64,000 nt of DNA from Limnothrix sp. BL-A-16 (GCA_041937175.2 CP166615.1:2272001-2336000); one strand, 5' to 3'; counted from the first letter of the stretch, positions 44,081 through 55,194 are shown. Notes: generated from the sequence alone by a model not told the origin. A program made the numbers and translations.

Positions 44081-45436
44081 CTAGTCAGCACTGGGCAAGC
44101 GCCAACCGGGTTTCACGACTTGGCGCGATCGGGCAATCACCAAGGCATCGTCGCTCACGTCTTCGGTGACGGTGGAACCGGCGGCGATCGTCACGTCTTG
44201 GCCAATGGTGACGGGAGCCACAAGCACTGTGTTTGCACCGGTTTTGCTGCGATCGCCGATCGCGGTGCGGTGTTTGTTCACGCCGTCATAGTTCGCCGTG
44301 ACGGTTCCTGCGCCGATGTTGACCCGATCGCCCAAGGTGGCATCACCCAAATAGGACAGATGGGACGCTTTGGTGTTGCTGCCCAATTGCGCATTTTTCA
44401 GTTCCACAAAGTTCCCCAGGCGACAATCGGGGCCGGTGCTGGCATGGCCGCGCACATGGGCAAAGGGCCCCACTTGGTTGTTGGGGCCAATTTCGCTGTC
44501 GGTGACGACGGAATAGAGCACCTGGGCGTTGTCCCCGATCGTGGCGTTTTCAATTAGTGAGCCGGGGCCGATTCTGGCCCCGGCCCCGATCGAGCTGTGG
44601 CCGCGCAGATGGGTTTGGGGTTCAATGATCGCATCGGGGCCGATGGTGACCGTATCGTCGATCGTGATGCTGCTGGGATCAATCAGGGTCACGCCCGATC
44701 GCATCCATTGCTCCTTGGTGCGTCGTTGCAACACCTGGGCCGCCGCCGCCAGTTGCACCCGATCGTTAAATCCCCAAATCTCCTCCGGATCGGCCACATC
44801 CAAAGCCATCACCGGATTCAAGGCCCCGATCGCATCGGTTAAATAATATTCCCCTTGGCTATTGTCATTTTTGAGATGGGGTAAAAAAGCCGCCAATGCC
44901 GACCAGCGAAAACAATAAATTCCGGCATTAATTCGGCAATTCTGGCGTTGCTCTGGGCTGCAATCTCGGTCTTCAATAATTTCTTGAACAATCAGATGTT
45001 GATCGCAAAAAACACGACCGTAGCCCTGAGGATTTGCCAGTTGCGCTGTCAGAATAGTGGCAGCATTTTGGTGAGTTTGATGAATTTTCAGAAGGTTGGC
45101 TAGGGTTTCTGGGCGCAAGAGAGGCACATCCCCATTGAGCACCAATAAATCACCTTCATAGTCCGCTAAAGGGGCGAGTAATTGTTGAACGGCGTGGCCG
45201 GTTCCCCGTTGCTCCTGTTGTTCCACAAATTCCATTTGCGGCCAGGCGGCCAGGTGCGATCGCACTAAGTCTGCTCGATGGCCAACAATGGTCAGGCATC
45301 GATCGACCGATAATTGAGACAGGCTCTCCAAGACTCGGGCGATCGCGCTTTTGCCCCCCAACTCATGTAACACCTTAGGTAAATCAGATTTCATGCGCGT
45401 GCCTTTACCGGCCGCAAGAATCGCAACGGCAACCAC
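44081..45436 (-). CDS. glmU: Bifunctional UDP-GlcNAc pyrophosphorylase / glucosamine-1-phosphate acetyltransferase
   Basis: [27 protein letters not shown], hexapeptide repeats, HLSYLGD; start GTG 45436. Confidence 0.96.
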   Translation of the reverse strand: MVAVAILAAGKGTRMKSDLPKVLHELGGKSAIARVLESLSQLSVDRCLTIVGHRADLVRSHLAAWPQMEFVEQQEQRGTGHAVQQLLAPLADYEGDLLVLNGDVPLLRPETLANLLKIHQTHQNAATILTAQLANPQGYGRVFCDQHLIVQEIIEDRDCSPEQRQNCRINAGIYCFRWSALAAFLPHLKNDNSQGEYYLTDAIGALNPVMALDVADPEEIWGFNDRVQLAAAAQVLQRRTKEQWMRSGVTLIDPSSITIDDTVTIGPDAIIEPQTHLRGHSSIGAGARIGPGSLIENATIGDNAQVLYSVVTDSEIGPNNQVGPFAHVRGHASTGPDCRLGNFVELKNAQLGSNTKASHLSYLGDATLGDRVNIGAGTVTANYDGVNKHRTAIGDRSKTGANTVLVAPVTIGQDVTIAAGSTVTEDVSDDALVIARSRQVVKPGWRLPSAD

Positions 45437-45903
45437 AGGAATTCCCTCAGAAAATAATAGGAAATAACAACCGAAAAAAGCAGCAGCAAAAGCAATCGTG
45501 TAGACCAATCGCCCAAGCAAACAGCCCAAACCAACAGGGCAAGCCAACGGGGCAGACAATCGCTCATCCAACAGCCAAGGATCTTGATGATTAAGCGTTT
45601 TGGTAATCCCTGGCGATCTTTGACGAGAAATTGATGGTGATCAACAACGCTCTACAACCATCCATGATGATCCATGCAACCGTTGCCGCCGGCCCAATCT
45701 CGACAACACCATAGCCGTTGATTGGCCCTGAATTCACCCGAAATTTGCGGTTCGGGACGGCGCGATCGGGGAACTCCCGCGCTAGGCTGGATGCGAATCC
45801 TTGGCGGATTTGCCCCGGCGCTGGGCCCTTGGGCTTTAGCCCCGGCCACCGCTCGATTTTGCCCATCTGTTTTGATCGACCCGTTTCCCCAGGAGCAAGC
45901 AAC

Positions 45904-46281
45904 ATGCCTGACTTCGGTAACTTGGTGCAAAAAGCCCTGTATCTGGGTGTTGGCCTTGCCAGCTATGCCGGTGAAAAGGCCAGCGAAACCTTCACCGACT
46001 TGCCCAGCAAACTGCAACAACTGGCCGATGAGATGGTAGCAAGAGGTGAAATGTCTACGGAAGAGGCTCGCCGCGCCGTGGAAGCCCTGATTCAACAATC
46101 CCAAGACAACACCCCCAGCCGCGAGCCATCCGCCGGCCAAGAGCCGCGCCGCATTGAAATTTTGGACGCAGAAGTGAGCGCAGATGCGGCCAATGGTGGG
46201 GCCAATCTGGATGCCATGCGCCAAGAGGTGGAACGGCTCCAGGCGGAATTGCGACGGCTGCGGGATCAGGCGGGATCCTAG
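45904..46281 (+). CDS. Phasin-like / coiled-coil hypothetical protein
   Basis: KALYLGVGLA...LADEMVARGEMSTEEARR, C-terminal coiled coil. Confidence 0.7.
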   Translation: MPDFGNLVQKALYLGVGLASYAGEKASETFTDLPSKLQQLADEMVARGEMSTEEARRAVEALIQQSQDNTPSREPSAGQEPRRIEILDAEVSADAANGGANLDAMRQEVERLQAELRRLRDQAGS

Positions 46282-46348
46282 GAGCGCGGCTGCCTTAACG
46301 TGATAGGCCAAGTCAACTGACTGTTGTCGCCACCAAGCCGTTAGGCAG

Positions 46349-46368
46349 CAAGGGGCTTAAGCTCCTTG
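46349..46368. repeat. REP-like palindrome
   Basis: CAAGGGGCTTAAGCTCCTTG (1 mismatch) between convergent genes. Confidence 0.8.
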
Positions 46369-46421
46369 TTAGCACGACTGCCTTTGCCGCTTTGACCCAA
46401 TAAATTAAGCCTGTCGCCCTC

Positions 46422-46784
46422 CTAGTTACCGTTTTCCTCGCGATCGGGCATGGGCGATCGCCCCAATTCCCGCAAGGTGGAAACGGACGCAAAGGTGGCC
46501 ACCAGATAGGGAACCATGTAAGTTAGCCCAATTTTGGCGAGGCGATCGGGCGGACAGTCGCGCCGCAGCAGGGCATCGCCGTGATTAATCCCCACCAAGA
46601 TCGTGCCCACCAGCAGCGAAGTCCGCAGGGCCCGCTGCACCACGGAGCGCTGGCGGGCCAAAAGCCACCAATCGGGCCCGCTGGCGGGCTGCTGACCGGC
46701 GATGGGAGAATTGGACGGACTCAAGCGGGGCGATCGGGAATGGGCGGATGGTTCAGGTTGTGGGGGAGATACCAAAGGAGCCAT
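46422..46784 (-). CDS. nrtS: NrtS-family small nitrate/nitrite transporter
   Basis: ALRTSLLVGTILVGINHGDALL...LTYMVPYLV signature. Confidence 0.75.
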   Translation of the reverse strand: MAPLVSPPQPEPSAHSRSPRLSPSNSPIAGQQPASGPDWWLLARQRSVVQRALRTSLLVGTILVGINHGDALLRRDCPPDRLAKIGLTYMVPYLVATFASVSTLRELGRSPMPDREENGN

Positions 46785-47169
46785 AGCGTCAGAGAAGAAG
46801 AACCCAAATTGAAAGATCCGGGAATCAAGATCCGGGAATCAAGACCCAAAAATCAATGAACCAGAGGAATCGCCCAAAGGGAAGCGGCGATTGTCCCTGA
46901 ATCGAGACCGCAACGAATCGAGATTGCAACGAATTCGGTTTGTCACCGGTCAAGTTTGTAACCGGCCCTGAAATCGTCCTTGTGCTCAAGGGGCGATCGG
47001 GCAGCGGCCTTTCCCCTCGTTATCATGGCCTAACCTTGGCTTTTCGCTGGCTTCGCATGAACCGTTTGCCGCGCAAGCGTCATCACCGCGTCATGTCTGT
47101 ACCATAACCCCGTCAAACAAGCTGACTAGATTGGGGTCAAACAGGCCAGAATGGAAAGGACACAGCCCG

Positions 47170-48471
47170 ATGACATTTCGACTGCCGAAAGCTGCCATGA
47201 CATCTCCCAACGATCGCCCCGATCGGGTGCAATTTCAAAATCCCCCCAATCGTTCCGGCGGCGGATCGAAAGCCTTGCTTTACGTTTCCCTGATCCTCTT
47301 TGGGGCGGGGGCTGCTTTGGCAGGGGTGCGGATGGTGTCGCCCAATGCCTGGGGAATTTTAGCGAGTGGGGGTGAACCGGCTTCCCTGCCTAACACCAGT
47401 TCCGTACCGGTGTCGCTGCCGTTGGGATCCGCCACCAGCGCCAATAATCCTGGCAACTTCGTCACCACCGTGGTCAATCGCGTGGGGCCAGCCGTGGTGC
47501 GCATTGACTCCGCCCGCACCGTTCGGAGCGAAATTCCCGGTGAATTTAGCAATCCCTTTTTCCGTCGCTTCTTTGGGGAAGAGGGGCCCGCACCCCAGGA
47601 GCGGGAAACCCGTGGCTCCGGTTCGGGCTTCCTGGTCACCAATGACGGCAAAATTTTCACCAATGCCCACGTGGTGGAGGGAGCCACTTCGGTGACCGTG
47701 ACCCTGAAAGATGGGCGCAAGTTTGATGGCAAGGTGGTTGGGGCAGATTCCCTGACGGATGTGGCGGTGGTGCAAATCAACGCCAAGGATTTACCGACGG
47801 TCAACCTGGGCAACTCTGACCAGTTGCAACCGGGACAATGGGCGATCGCGATCGGGAACCCCCTGGGGCTAGATAACACGGTCACCACCGGCATTATTAG
47901 TGCCACCGGGCGATCGAGCAATCAGGTTGGCGTACCGGACAAGCGGGTCAACTTCATCCAAACCGATGCAGCCATTAACCCCGGTAACTCCGGCGGCCCG
48001 CTGATCGATGAGCGTGGAGCTGTGATCGGCATGAACACGGCTATTATCCGAGGGGCCCAGGGGATTGGCTTTGCGATTCCGATCAACCGGGCCCGCCAAA
48101 TTGCTGAGCAACTGGTGACCAAGGGACGGGCTGATCACGCCTTTGTGGGGGTGCGGATGGTGAAGCTCACGCCCGAACTGAAGCAGCAGATCAACGAAGA
48201 TCCAAACAGCAACGCCAAAATCGAGCTGGATGCGGGGGTGCTGATTGTGCAAGTGATGCCCCGATCGCCCGCTGCGGAAGCGGGTTTGCGCCCCGGAGAC
48301 ACGGTGTTTCAGATTGATGGCAAGGTGGTGGAAGATCCCAGCGAAGTGCAGCAAATGGTGGAAGCCACGGGCACAACCCGTCCTCTCACCTTTGCCATCA
48401 ATCGCAACGGACAAAACCTGTCATTGCAGGTGAAGCCCCAAGTCATGAGTCCCGATCGCGCCAATGAGTGA
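47170..48471 (+). CDS. HtrA/HhoA/HhoB family serine protease with PDZ domain
   Basis: TM anchor, GSGSGF, TNAHVV, DVAVV, IQTDAAINPGNSGGPL, PDZ; start uncertain (47131, 47170 or 47197). Confidence 0.93.
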   Translation: MTFRLPKAAMTSPNDRPDRVQFQNPPNRSGGGSKALLYVSLILFGAGAALAGVRMVSPNAWGILASGGEPASLPNTSSVPVSLPLGSATSANNPGNFVTTVVNRVGPAVVRIDSARTVRSEIPGEFSNPFFRRFFGEEGPAPQERETRGSGSGFLVTNDGKIFTNAHVVEGATSVTVTLKDGRKFDGKVVGADSLTDVAVVQINAKDLPTVNLGNSDQLQPGQWAIAIGNPLGLDNTVTTGIISATGRSSNQVGVPDKRVNFIQTDAAINPGNSGGPLIDERGAVIGMNTAIIRGAQGIGFAIPINRARQIAEQLVTKGRADHAFVGVRMVKLTPELKQQINEDPNSNAKIELDAGVLIVQVMPRSPAAEAGLRPGDTVFQIDGKVVEDPSEVQQMVEATGTTRPLTFAINRNGQNLSLQVKPQVMSPDRANE

Positions 48472-48570
48472 TGAGCAAACGGTGGAATGACGGGCGATCG
48501 AGCAATCTTGAATCAAGAACTCGATCGCTCCATCTCTGCCCTGCTCACCGATTCCCGGCCGGATGGGGAT

Positions 48571-50058
48571 TTAGAAGCGATCGACCTCCTCGGGGAATCG
48601 CTGTGCTGGAATCTGAGCATTGGCCGCTTCACCACAGGTTTTGGGTGTAGGAAACACCTTATCAGGATTGGCTAAACGCAAAGGATCAAAGGCCGATCGC
48701 AACCATTGCATCGTCTCCAAATCCGCCGCTGAAAACATATCGGGCATATAGCAGCGTTTTTCCGCGCCAATGCCATGCTCGCCGGAAATCGTACCGCCCG
48801 CTTGCACACAGCGCTTGAGGATTTCGCCGCCCATTTCTTCCACCGCTTCCAGTTGTCCCGGCACGGACTTATCGTATAGAACCAATGGGTGTAAATTGCC
48901 ATCACCCGCATGAAATACATTGGCCACTTTGTAGCCATATTCCTCGCTCAGTTTGGCAATTTCTTGCAAAATCCAAACCAATTTGCCGCGCGGCACAACG
49001 CCATCTTGTACATAGTAATCAGGGCTGACATGGCCAGCAGCGGCAAAGGCAGACTTACGACCTTTCCAGAGTTTAAGCCGCTCTTGAGGATCCGTGGCGA
49101 TCGTAATATTGCGCGCTCCATTTTCGCGGCAAATTTCAGCGACGCGATCGCTATTGGCCGCCACTTCCACCGCCAAACCATCCAGCTCAACTAATAGAAT
49201 CGCCTCCGCATCTCGGGGATAACAATTGGTTTTGGCCACGTCCTCCACCGCATTAATGCTGAGGTTATCCATAATTTCCATCCCACCAGGAATAATCTTG
49301 GCGGCAATGATATCGGCCACGCTCTTGGCCGCTGCATCCATGCTGGTAAAATCCGCTAATAAAACAGCAATCTCATCGGCAGTTTTGAGGATTCTGAGCG
49401 TCACTTCCGTGGCAATTCCCAACGTGCCTTCAGAACCTACAAAAATTCCCGTTAAATCGTAACCAGGCATCTCGGGAACTGTGCTGCCTACCTCGACAAT
49501 TTCCCCATCGGGCAACACCAGTTTTAGACCCAAAACATGGTTGGTGGTTACGCCATATTTGAGGCAATGAACCCCGCCGGAATTCTCCGCCACATTCCCC
49601 CCGATCGAACAAATAATTTGACTCGATGGATCGGGCGCGTAATAAAATCCTGCACCGCTCACGGCCTGGGTCACCCAATTGTTAATCACCCCCGGTTGCA
49701 CCACCACTCGCTGATTATCCAAATCCACCTTTAGGATCTGTTTCATCAAGGCCGTGACAATCAGCACCGAATCCTCGATCGGGAGTGCGCCCCCCGAAAG
49801 TCCCGTGCCCGCTCCCCGCGCCACAAAGGGCACACGAAACCGATTGCAGAGCTTGACCGCCGCCGCCACTTGCTCCGTGGTACGCGGCAACACCACCAGC
49901 GCCGGCCGATGGCGATAGCTGGTTAATCCGTCGCATTCGTAGGTCAGCAGCTCATCCTTGCGACGAATCACGGCCCGATCGCCCAGCGCATTCACAAATT
50001 CCCGGGCGATCGCTTCCCAATCGGGGCGAGTGGCCGATAGCGGCGGTGCAAAAACCAT
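48571..50058 (-). CDS. glcD: Glycolate oxidase/dehydrogenase subunit GlcD
   Basis: RGAGTGLSGGA, YAPDPSSQ, GSEGTLG, HAGDGNLHP, SGEHGIG. Confidence 0.93.
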   Translation of the reverse strand: MVFAPPLSATRPDWEAIAREFVNALGDRAVIRRKDELLTYECDGLTSYRHRPALVVLPRTTEQVAAAVKLCNRFRVPFVARGAGTGLSGGALPIEDSVLIVTALMKQILKVDLDNQRVVVQPGVINNWVTQAVSGAGFYYAPDPSSQIICSIGGNVAENSGGVHCLKYGVTTNHVLGLKLVLPDGEIVEVGSTVPEMPGYDLTGIFVGSEGTLGIATEVTLRILKTADEIAVLLADFTSMDAAAKSVADIIAAKIIPGGMEIMDNLSINAVEDVAKTNCYPRDAEAILLVELDGLAVEVAANSDRVAEICRENGARNITIATDPQERLKLWKGRKSAFAAAGHVSPDYYVQDGVVPRGKLVWILQEIAKLSEEYGYKVANVFHAGDGNLHPLVLYDKSVPGQLEAVEEMGGEILKRCVQAGGTISGEHGIGAEKRCYMPDMFSAADLETMQWLRSAFDPLRLANPDKVFPTPKTCGEAANAQIPAQRFPEEVDRF

Positions 50059-50359
50059 GGTTGGTGATCTTTCTAAAACGGCAGCAAACCTTTACTTACT
50101 ATAACAATTTTGGTCTGCTTAATTTTAATTAGTCTTATACAAGCAAGCTATTAGTATGAAAAATATTGACAGTGGATCACGAGTTAGATTTAAGCACTTA
50201 GCTTGTCGATAATTAAGGAAGAACTATTGATTTTTACTTCAATATTTTTAGGCTGATTTGAGCTTGTCTGATGCTGATTAGAACGCTCAGGCAATCGTAC
50301 CTAGGGCGGCGTTGGGACGATCGGGCTAGAATTCTCGCAAGTGTGGCACGCGGGGCGAT

Positions 50360-53116
50360 GTGGGGCTTGTGATGGATTTTGGATCAATTCTGTCGCCCGA
50401 GAAATGGTGGCTGTTGCTGGTGACAGTGCTGTTGGGCATCAACACGGGGGTGATTTTGCCAGCTCAGTATGATTCATCGGCTCCTGCGCCTCGCAAGTGG
50501 TTGATCATTAGCACTTGGCTTTTGAACGGGATTTTGACAGGGTTGGCGGGGCTGTTGTTTTCACAGGAGAAGCCCAATTTTCAGCTTTGCCAAGGCTTGA
50601 CGATCGGGGGTGCGATCGTGGGTGTTGTGACGCTGGCGATCTTTTTTCGGGGCCCCAAGGCTGTAGTGACAGCGCACGATCGCCGATCGGAGTTGTTGGG
50701 GGTGCTGAAGGAGGAGTATGGCCAGCGGGAAACGGGGGCGGTGTTGGGCAAGTCGATCGCCCCTGTGCCCTTGGAGCCGCCGCGATCGATTCCCTTTCTT
50801 GGCAAGTTGTTCGGGTTTGGGCAGGAGCGATCACTATCGGGGCTGGATGACTTGCTCAAAACGTTTGATGAAGCCCAGCGGCAGGTGTTGATTTTGGGGG
50901 AGCCGGGGGCGGGCAAAACTACGCTGCTGGTGGCGTTGGCGAATCGGTTGGTGCAACGGGCGATCGAGGGCGATCGGGAACCGATTCCGGTGATTTTGGA
51001 GTTGTCGGCTTGGCGGGCGGGCGAGTCGCTGCCCGATTGGATTGTGGCGGAGGTGGCGGAGCGCTATCGGCCGCTGCCGGCCGCGCAGGTGGCGAACTGG
51101 CTGGCTACGGGGCAACTGCTGCCGCTGTTGGATGGGTTGGATGAGCTAAAGGATCGCCAGGGCGCGGCGATGGTGGCGATTAATGAGTGGGTGTCGCAGT
51201 CGCAAAAGTTGGCGGGGGTGGTGGTCTGTTGTCGGCGGGCGGAATATGACGCGGCGGTGGCGGCGGGCGACGCGCCTTTGGAAGAGCGGCTCAACAAGCG
51301 AATTGAGTTGCAGCCGTTGGATGAGGCAACGATTCGCACCCATTTACATGACTGCGAGCGGGATTTTTTATGGGAGAAAATTAAGCAAGATCGCGACGGG
51401 TTTCGCAAGTTGGCAGAGTCGCCGTTGTTGTTGGATTTGATGGTGGCGGCCTATGACAAACCGGGAAAATGGCAACGAGAAGCGCCGCGAAATCCTGATG
51501 ATCTAGCAGCCTATTATCTTGATTGTCGAGATCGTCTTTTAGATGATTATTTTGAAGTGCGGTTGCATAGTGTGCCGCATCCCAAATACAAACCAGCAGA
51601 TACGCGCCGTTATTTGGAATGGTTAGCGCGATTGATGCGCGATCGCAACCAAACGGAATTTTTGATTGAGTATATGCAGCCTGATTTGATTGAGGATCTA
51701 AAAGATCTGAAAGGCTATCGAGACTGCTTGGGATTTATAGCTGCAATACCTCTTGCTCTTGGCTCTTGGTTGCTTGGAGTAGTCCTCAATGAAGAATTTT
51801 ACGGACTCGTATTAGGTCTTGGGATTGGATTACAAGTATTTTGCTCGATGGAGATTCTCTATATTAGAATCTCAAAAACAATTTGGTCTGATATATCTCT
51901 GTTATTTCTTAGGGGACGAATCTTTATACTATTTATTTTTCAATCTTTCTTAAAAGGGGAGTTCATAGGAAATTATTTCTTTGCTCCCTTGCTCATCTTA
52001 ACTTTTTGTGGATATTTTTACGTATTATCTAGTGTTTTCAACATCGAAAACCAAAATCATCTTTCATATTTTCTCATATCAATTCCCTTTCTTTTTATAG
52101 TTGCAGTTGTTGCATTAGGTGCAATTCTTGAAAGTAATTCTTTATACTTAAAAAAGATTTCTTATAAAGAAACAAACGAAGGAACAATAGAGTCAAGAAA
52201 AAGTCTTGCTTTACTAACATTTTTATTTTTTCTACTGTTTTTTATAAATCAGTCAATTTCAACTATTTTTCAAAACAAGTTATCTTGGGAGGTGACTTTC
52301 TTTCATGATATTCCAATTGCATGTATTCTCTCAGGCTTAATGGGTTTTTATTACTTTGGTGGAATTCAGATATTTCAGAAAAAATTACTGTTCATATTTT
52401 TAAATAAAGCCAATCATATCCCCATTAACTATGATGATTTTCTTCAATATGCATCAGATAAGTTAAGTCTACTTAAGAAAAGTGGCGCATACTTTCGTTT
52501 CTATCATGAATTACTCAAGATTAATATGGCTAAGTTCAGTTCACCGGCTTGTCAGCTTGAAGCACCAAGAATATCTTTAAAGAGTAAGTTGATTGCTCTT
52601 CTTATTCAATTGATACTGATTTACTTGTTGATTTTCGCCTGCTTGAATATCAATAGTTATTTTGATTCAAGCAATTCATCATTTCTCAACAGTCTTGACC
52701 TAAAGAAAAGTGATATTGTTTTTCGTAATTCTATAATTAACTCAAGATTCAAAGTGCACAAGAACAGTCTAGTTCTAGTTAATTTTATGATCAAAACAGA
52801 GACTAATCACAGTCATTCCAATTTATCAATAGACCTCATTGGAAAAGTTGTTCAATTACCTGGAGATACAATCAATTTAGGTAATAAATACTTGTTTGCC
52901 ATAAACGGAAAGTCCATAAATGAGATTTATAAAGATGCCAAAACCTGGAGTTCACTATGTTTTGATGGAAAACTTAGAGTTCCTCAAGATTCTTACGTCG
53001 TTCTACTTCAGTGGGTAGACGAACCATGGCTGGTCTTAGTTAAAGAGAAAGACATCCAAACAAAAATTCTCTTTCGGATCTACCCGTTCGATCGCTTCGG
53101 GCCGATCGAGCCGTAA
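50360..53116 (+). CDS. Membrane NACHT NTPase with multi-TM region and C-terminal S26 signal-peptidase-like domain
   Basis: Walker A GEPGAGKTT, Walker B LLDGLDE, PLLL, YFRFYHELL; C-terminus VVQLPGD..INGK..VPQDSYVVL..FRIYPFDRFG. Confidence 0.85.
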   Translation: MGLVMDFGSILSPEKWWLLLVTVLLGINTGVILPAQYDSSAPAPRKWLIISTWLLNGILTGLAGLLFSQEKPNFQLCQGLTIGGAIVGVVTLAIFFRGPKAVVTAHDRRSELLGVLKEEYGQRETGAVLGKSIAPVPLEPPRSIPFLGKLFGFGQERSLSGLDDLLKTFDEAQRQVLILGEPGAGKTTLLVALANRLVQRAIEGDREPIPVILELSAWRAGESLPDWIVAEVAERYRPLPAAQVANWLATGQLLPLLDGLDELKDRQGAAMVAINEWVSQSQKLAGVVVCCRRAEYDAAVAAGDAPLEERLNKRIELQPLDEATIRTHLHDCERDFLWEKIKQDRDGFRKLAESPLLLDLMVAAYDKPGKWQREAPRNPDDLAAYYLDCRDRLLDDYFEVRLHSVPHPKYKPADTRRYLEWLARLMRDRNQTEFLIEYMQPDLIEDLKDLKGYRDCLGFIAAIPLALGSWLLGVVLNEEFYGLVLGLGIGLQVFCSMEILYIRISKTIWSDISLLFLRGRIFILFIFQSFLKGEFIGNYFFAPLLILTFCGYFYVLSSVFNIENQNHLSYFLISIPFLFIVAVVALGAILESNSLYLKKISYKETNEGTIESRKSLALLTFLFFLLFFINQSISTIFQNKLSWEVTFFHDIPIACILSGLMGFYYFGGIQIFQKKLLFIFLNKANHIPINYDDFLQYASDKLSLLKKSGAYFRFYHELLKINMAKFSSPACQLEAPRISLKSKLIALLIQLILIYLLIFACLNINSYFDSSNSSFLNSLDLKKSDIVFRNSIINSRFKVHKNSLVLVNFMIKTETNHSHSNLSIDLIGKVVQLPGDTINLGNKYLFAINGKSINEIYKDAKTWSSLCFDGKLRVPQDSYVVLLQWVDEPWLVLVKEKDIQTKILFRIYPFDRFGPIEP

Positions 53117-53145
53117 AGCAGCGATCAGCCCGAAAGTTTTGAACC

Positions 53146-55086
53146 CTAGGATTCGGCTAGCTCCGATAATTCAAGCCAACGTTCAGTGCCCTGATCAATT
53201 TGGTGACTGAGATCCGCCAGCTTTTGCGATAATTTCTCGACCTCGCTATAGCCGCTAGGGGGATTTTCATAGAGGCGCTTTTCAATCGTCGCTTTCTCCT
53301 CTTCCCACTGGGGCAAATGGGTTTCCAGGTGCTCAAGTTCCCGCTTTTCCTTGTAGGACAATTTGCGCGATCGCCCCTTAGATGAATTGCCTTGATCCGG
53401 CTCCGTCTTAGTTGCAGCCTCAGCCTTCTTCTCAGCCGATCGCCCGTTTTTCTCCGGAGCCTCACTCGCCACATCGGGCGATCGCAAATCCAAATAAACC
53501 GAATAGTTACCGGGATATTGGCGAATCTGGCCGGCTTGCTCAAAGGCGAAGATTTTCTCCACCGTGCGATCGAGAAAATAGCGATCGTGCGACACCACAA
53601 TCACACAGCCGTTGAATTCTTCTAGATATTCCTCCAACACCGCTAAGGTCTGCACATCTACATCGTTGGTCGGCTCGTCCAAAATCAACACATTCGGCGC
53701 TTCGAGCAACACCTTCAGCAGAAATAAGCGCCGCCGTTCGCCCCCCGAAAGTTTGTTGAGAGGCGCATATTGTTGATCAGGTGGAAACAGGAACCGTTCC
53801 AACATTTGGGCCGCCGTGATGATTTGTCCATCGGCGGTTTTCACCAGTTCCGCCGTTTCCTTCAGATAATTCAACACCCGTATTTCGCCCTTATCGGACA
53901 AATCATCCGAGTGCTGATCAAAATAGCCAATCTGAATCGTGCTGCCCCGATCGACCTGGCCCGCCGTCGGTTCCAACTTGCCCATGATCAGGTTCATCAG
54001 GGTTGATTTACCCACGCCGTTACCACCGATGATTCCCACCCGATCGTCCGGTAGAAATTGGTAGGTAAAATCGCGAATCAGCACCCGATCGCCCACTTGA
54101 TAAGTCAAATTCTCTAGCTCGATCACCTTCTTGCCAATCCGCCGGCCCGCCGTGGCAATTTCTACCTTGCCTTGGTTGGCTTTGAACTCCGTTTCGCGCA
54201 TGTCCTGGATCCGATCGATCCGGGCTTTCTGCTTCGTGCTCCGCGCCTTTGGCCCCTTCTTCAACCATTCCAATTCTCGCCGCAACACCCCTTGAAACTT
54301 GCGCTGGCGGCTATTTTCAGCGGTTTCCGCCTCGGCTTTTTTCTCCAGGTAATAGCCATAGTTGCCCGCATAGCTAAACAGATCGCCGCGATCGAGTTCC
54401 AAGATCCGATTGGTCACCCGATCGAGAAAATAGCGATCGTGCGTCACCAACAACAACGCCCCGCGAAATTGTTGGCGTAAATAGTCTTGCAACCAGTTCA
54501 CCGAATCCGCATCCAAGTGGTTGGTTGGCTCATCCATTAACAACAAATCCGGCTGGGCCAACAGCGCCGCTGCCAGCGCAATTCGCTTGCGATAGCCCCC
54601 GGAAAGTGTCCCCACCTTCGCTTCAAAATCCTCAATTCCTAACTGGGACAGCACAATTTTCGCCTGGGTTTCCAGTTCCCAAGCGCCCGCCGCTGCCATC
54701 TTGTCGCCCAAGCTAGCCAACTGAGCCATCAACCGATCGAACTCGGGCCCCGTGGTGTGGCCCAGCCGGTGGGATAGATCCTCGTATTCCCGCACCAGGG
54801 CCATTTGCTCGCCACTGTCGGCAAACACCTGCTCCAGCACCGTGCGATCGGGGTCGAGCGGCGGATCTTGGGGCAAATAGACCAATCGATAGTTAGGGTT
54901 CACCAGCCGATCGCCCCGGTCGATCGGCTCCAGCCCCGCCAGCATCTTCAGCAGCGTGGACTTGCCCGAACCATTGGTGCCAATCAAGCCAATTTTGTCC
55001 GTTGGCTCGATGCTAAAGGTTCCATCCCGCAGAATTTCTTTGATTCCAAAATCCTTGTGGGCATTCTTCAGAGACAGCAGACTCAT
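53146..55086 (-). CDS. ABC-F family ATPase (Uup-like)
   Basis: Two ABC domains (GTNGSGKST, GGNGVGKST), DEPTN twice, HDRYFLD, PKARSTKQKARI linker, C-terminal coiled coil. Confidence 0.93.
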   Translation of the reverse strand: MSLLSLKNAHKDFGIKEILRDGTFSIEPTDKIGLIGTNGSGKSTLLKMLAGLEPIDRGDRLVNPNYRLVYLPQDPPLDPDRTVLEQVFADSGEQMALVREYEDLSHRLGHTTGPEFDRLMAQLASLGDKMAAAGAWELETQAKIVLSQLGIEDFEAKVGTLSGGYRKRIALAAALLAQPDLLLMDEPTNHLDADSVNWLQDYLRQQFRGALLLVTHDRYFLDRVTNRILELDRGDLFSYAGNYGYYLEKKAEAETAENSRQRKFQGVLRRELEWLKKGPKARSTKQKARIDRIQDMRETEFKANQGKVEIATAGRRIGKKVIELENLTYQVGDRVLIRDFTYQFLPDDRVGIIGGNGVGKSTLMNLIMGKLEPTAGQVDRGSTIQIGYFDQHSDDLSDKGEIRVLNYLKETAELVKTADGQIITAAQMLERFLFPPDQQYAPLNKLSGGERRRLFLLKVLLEAPNVLILDEPTNDVDVQTLAVLEEYLEEFNGCVIVVSHDRYFLDRTVEKIFAFEQAGQIRQYPGNYSVYLDLRSPDVASEAPEKNGRSAEKKAEAATKTEPDQGNSSKGRSRKLSYKEKRELEHLETHLPQWEEEKATIEKRLYENPPSGYSEVEKLSQKLADLSHQIDQGTERWLELSELAES

Positions 55087-55194
55087 GCGATCGGGCAGGG
55101 GCTAAACACTACTGTCTATGATTCCACGGCCCGCCCCGATCTCCCCCGTTACCTTTGCTACGATCGACCTGTTTCCCAAACACCGACTAGCCCC

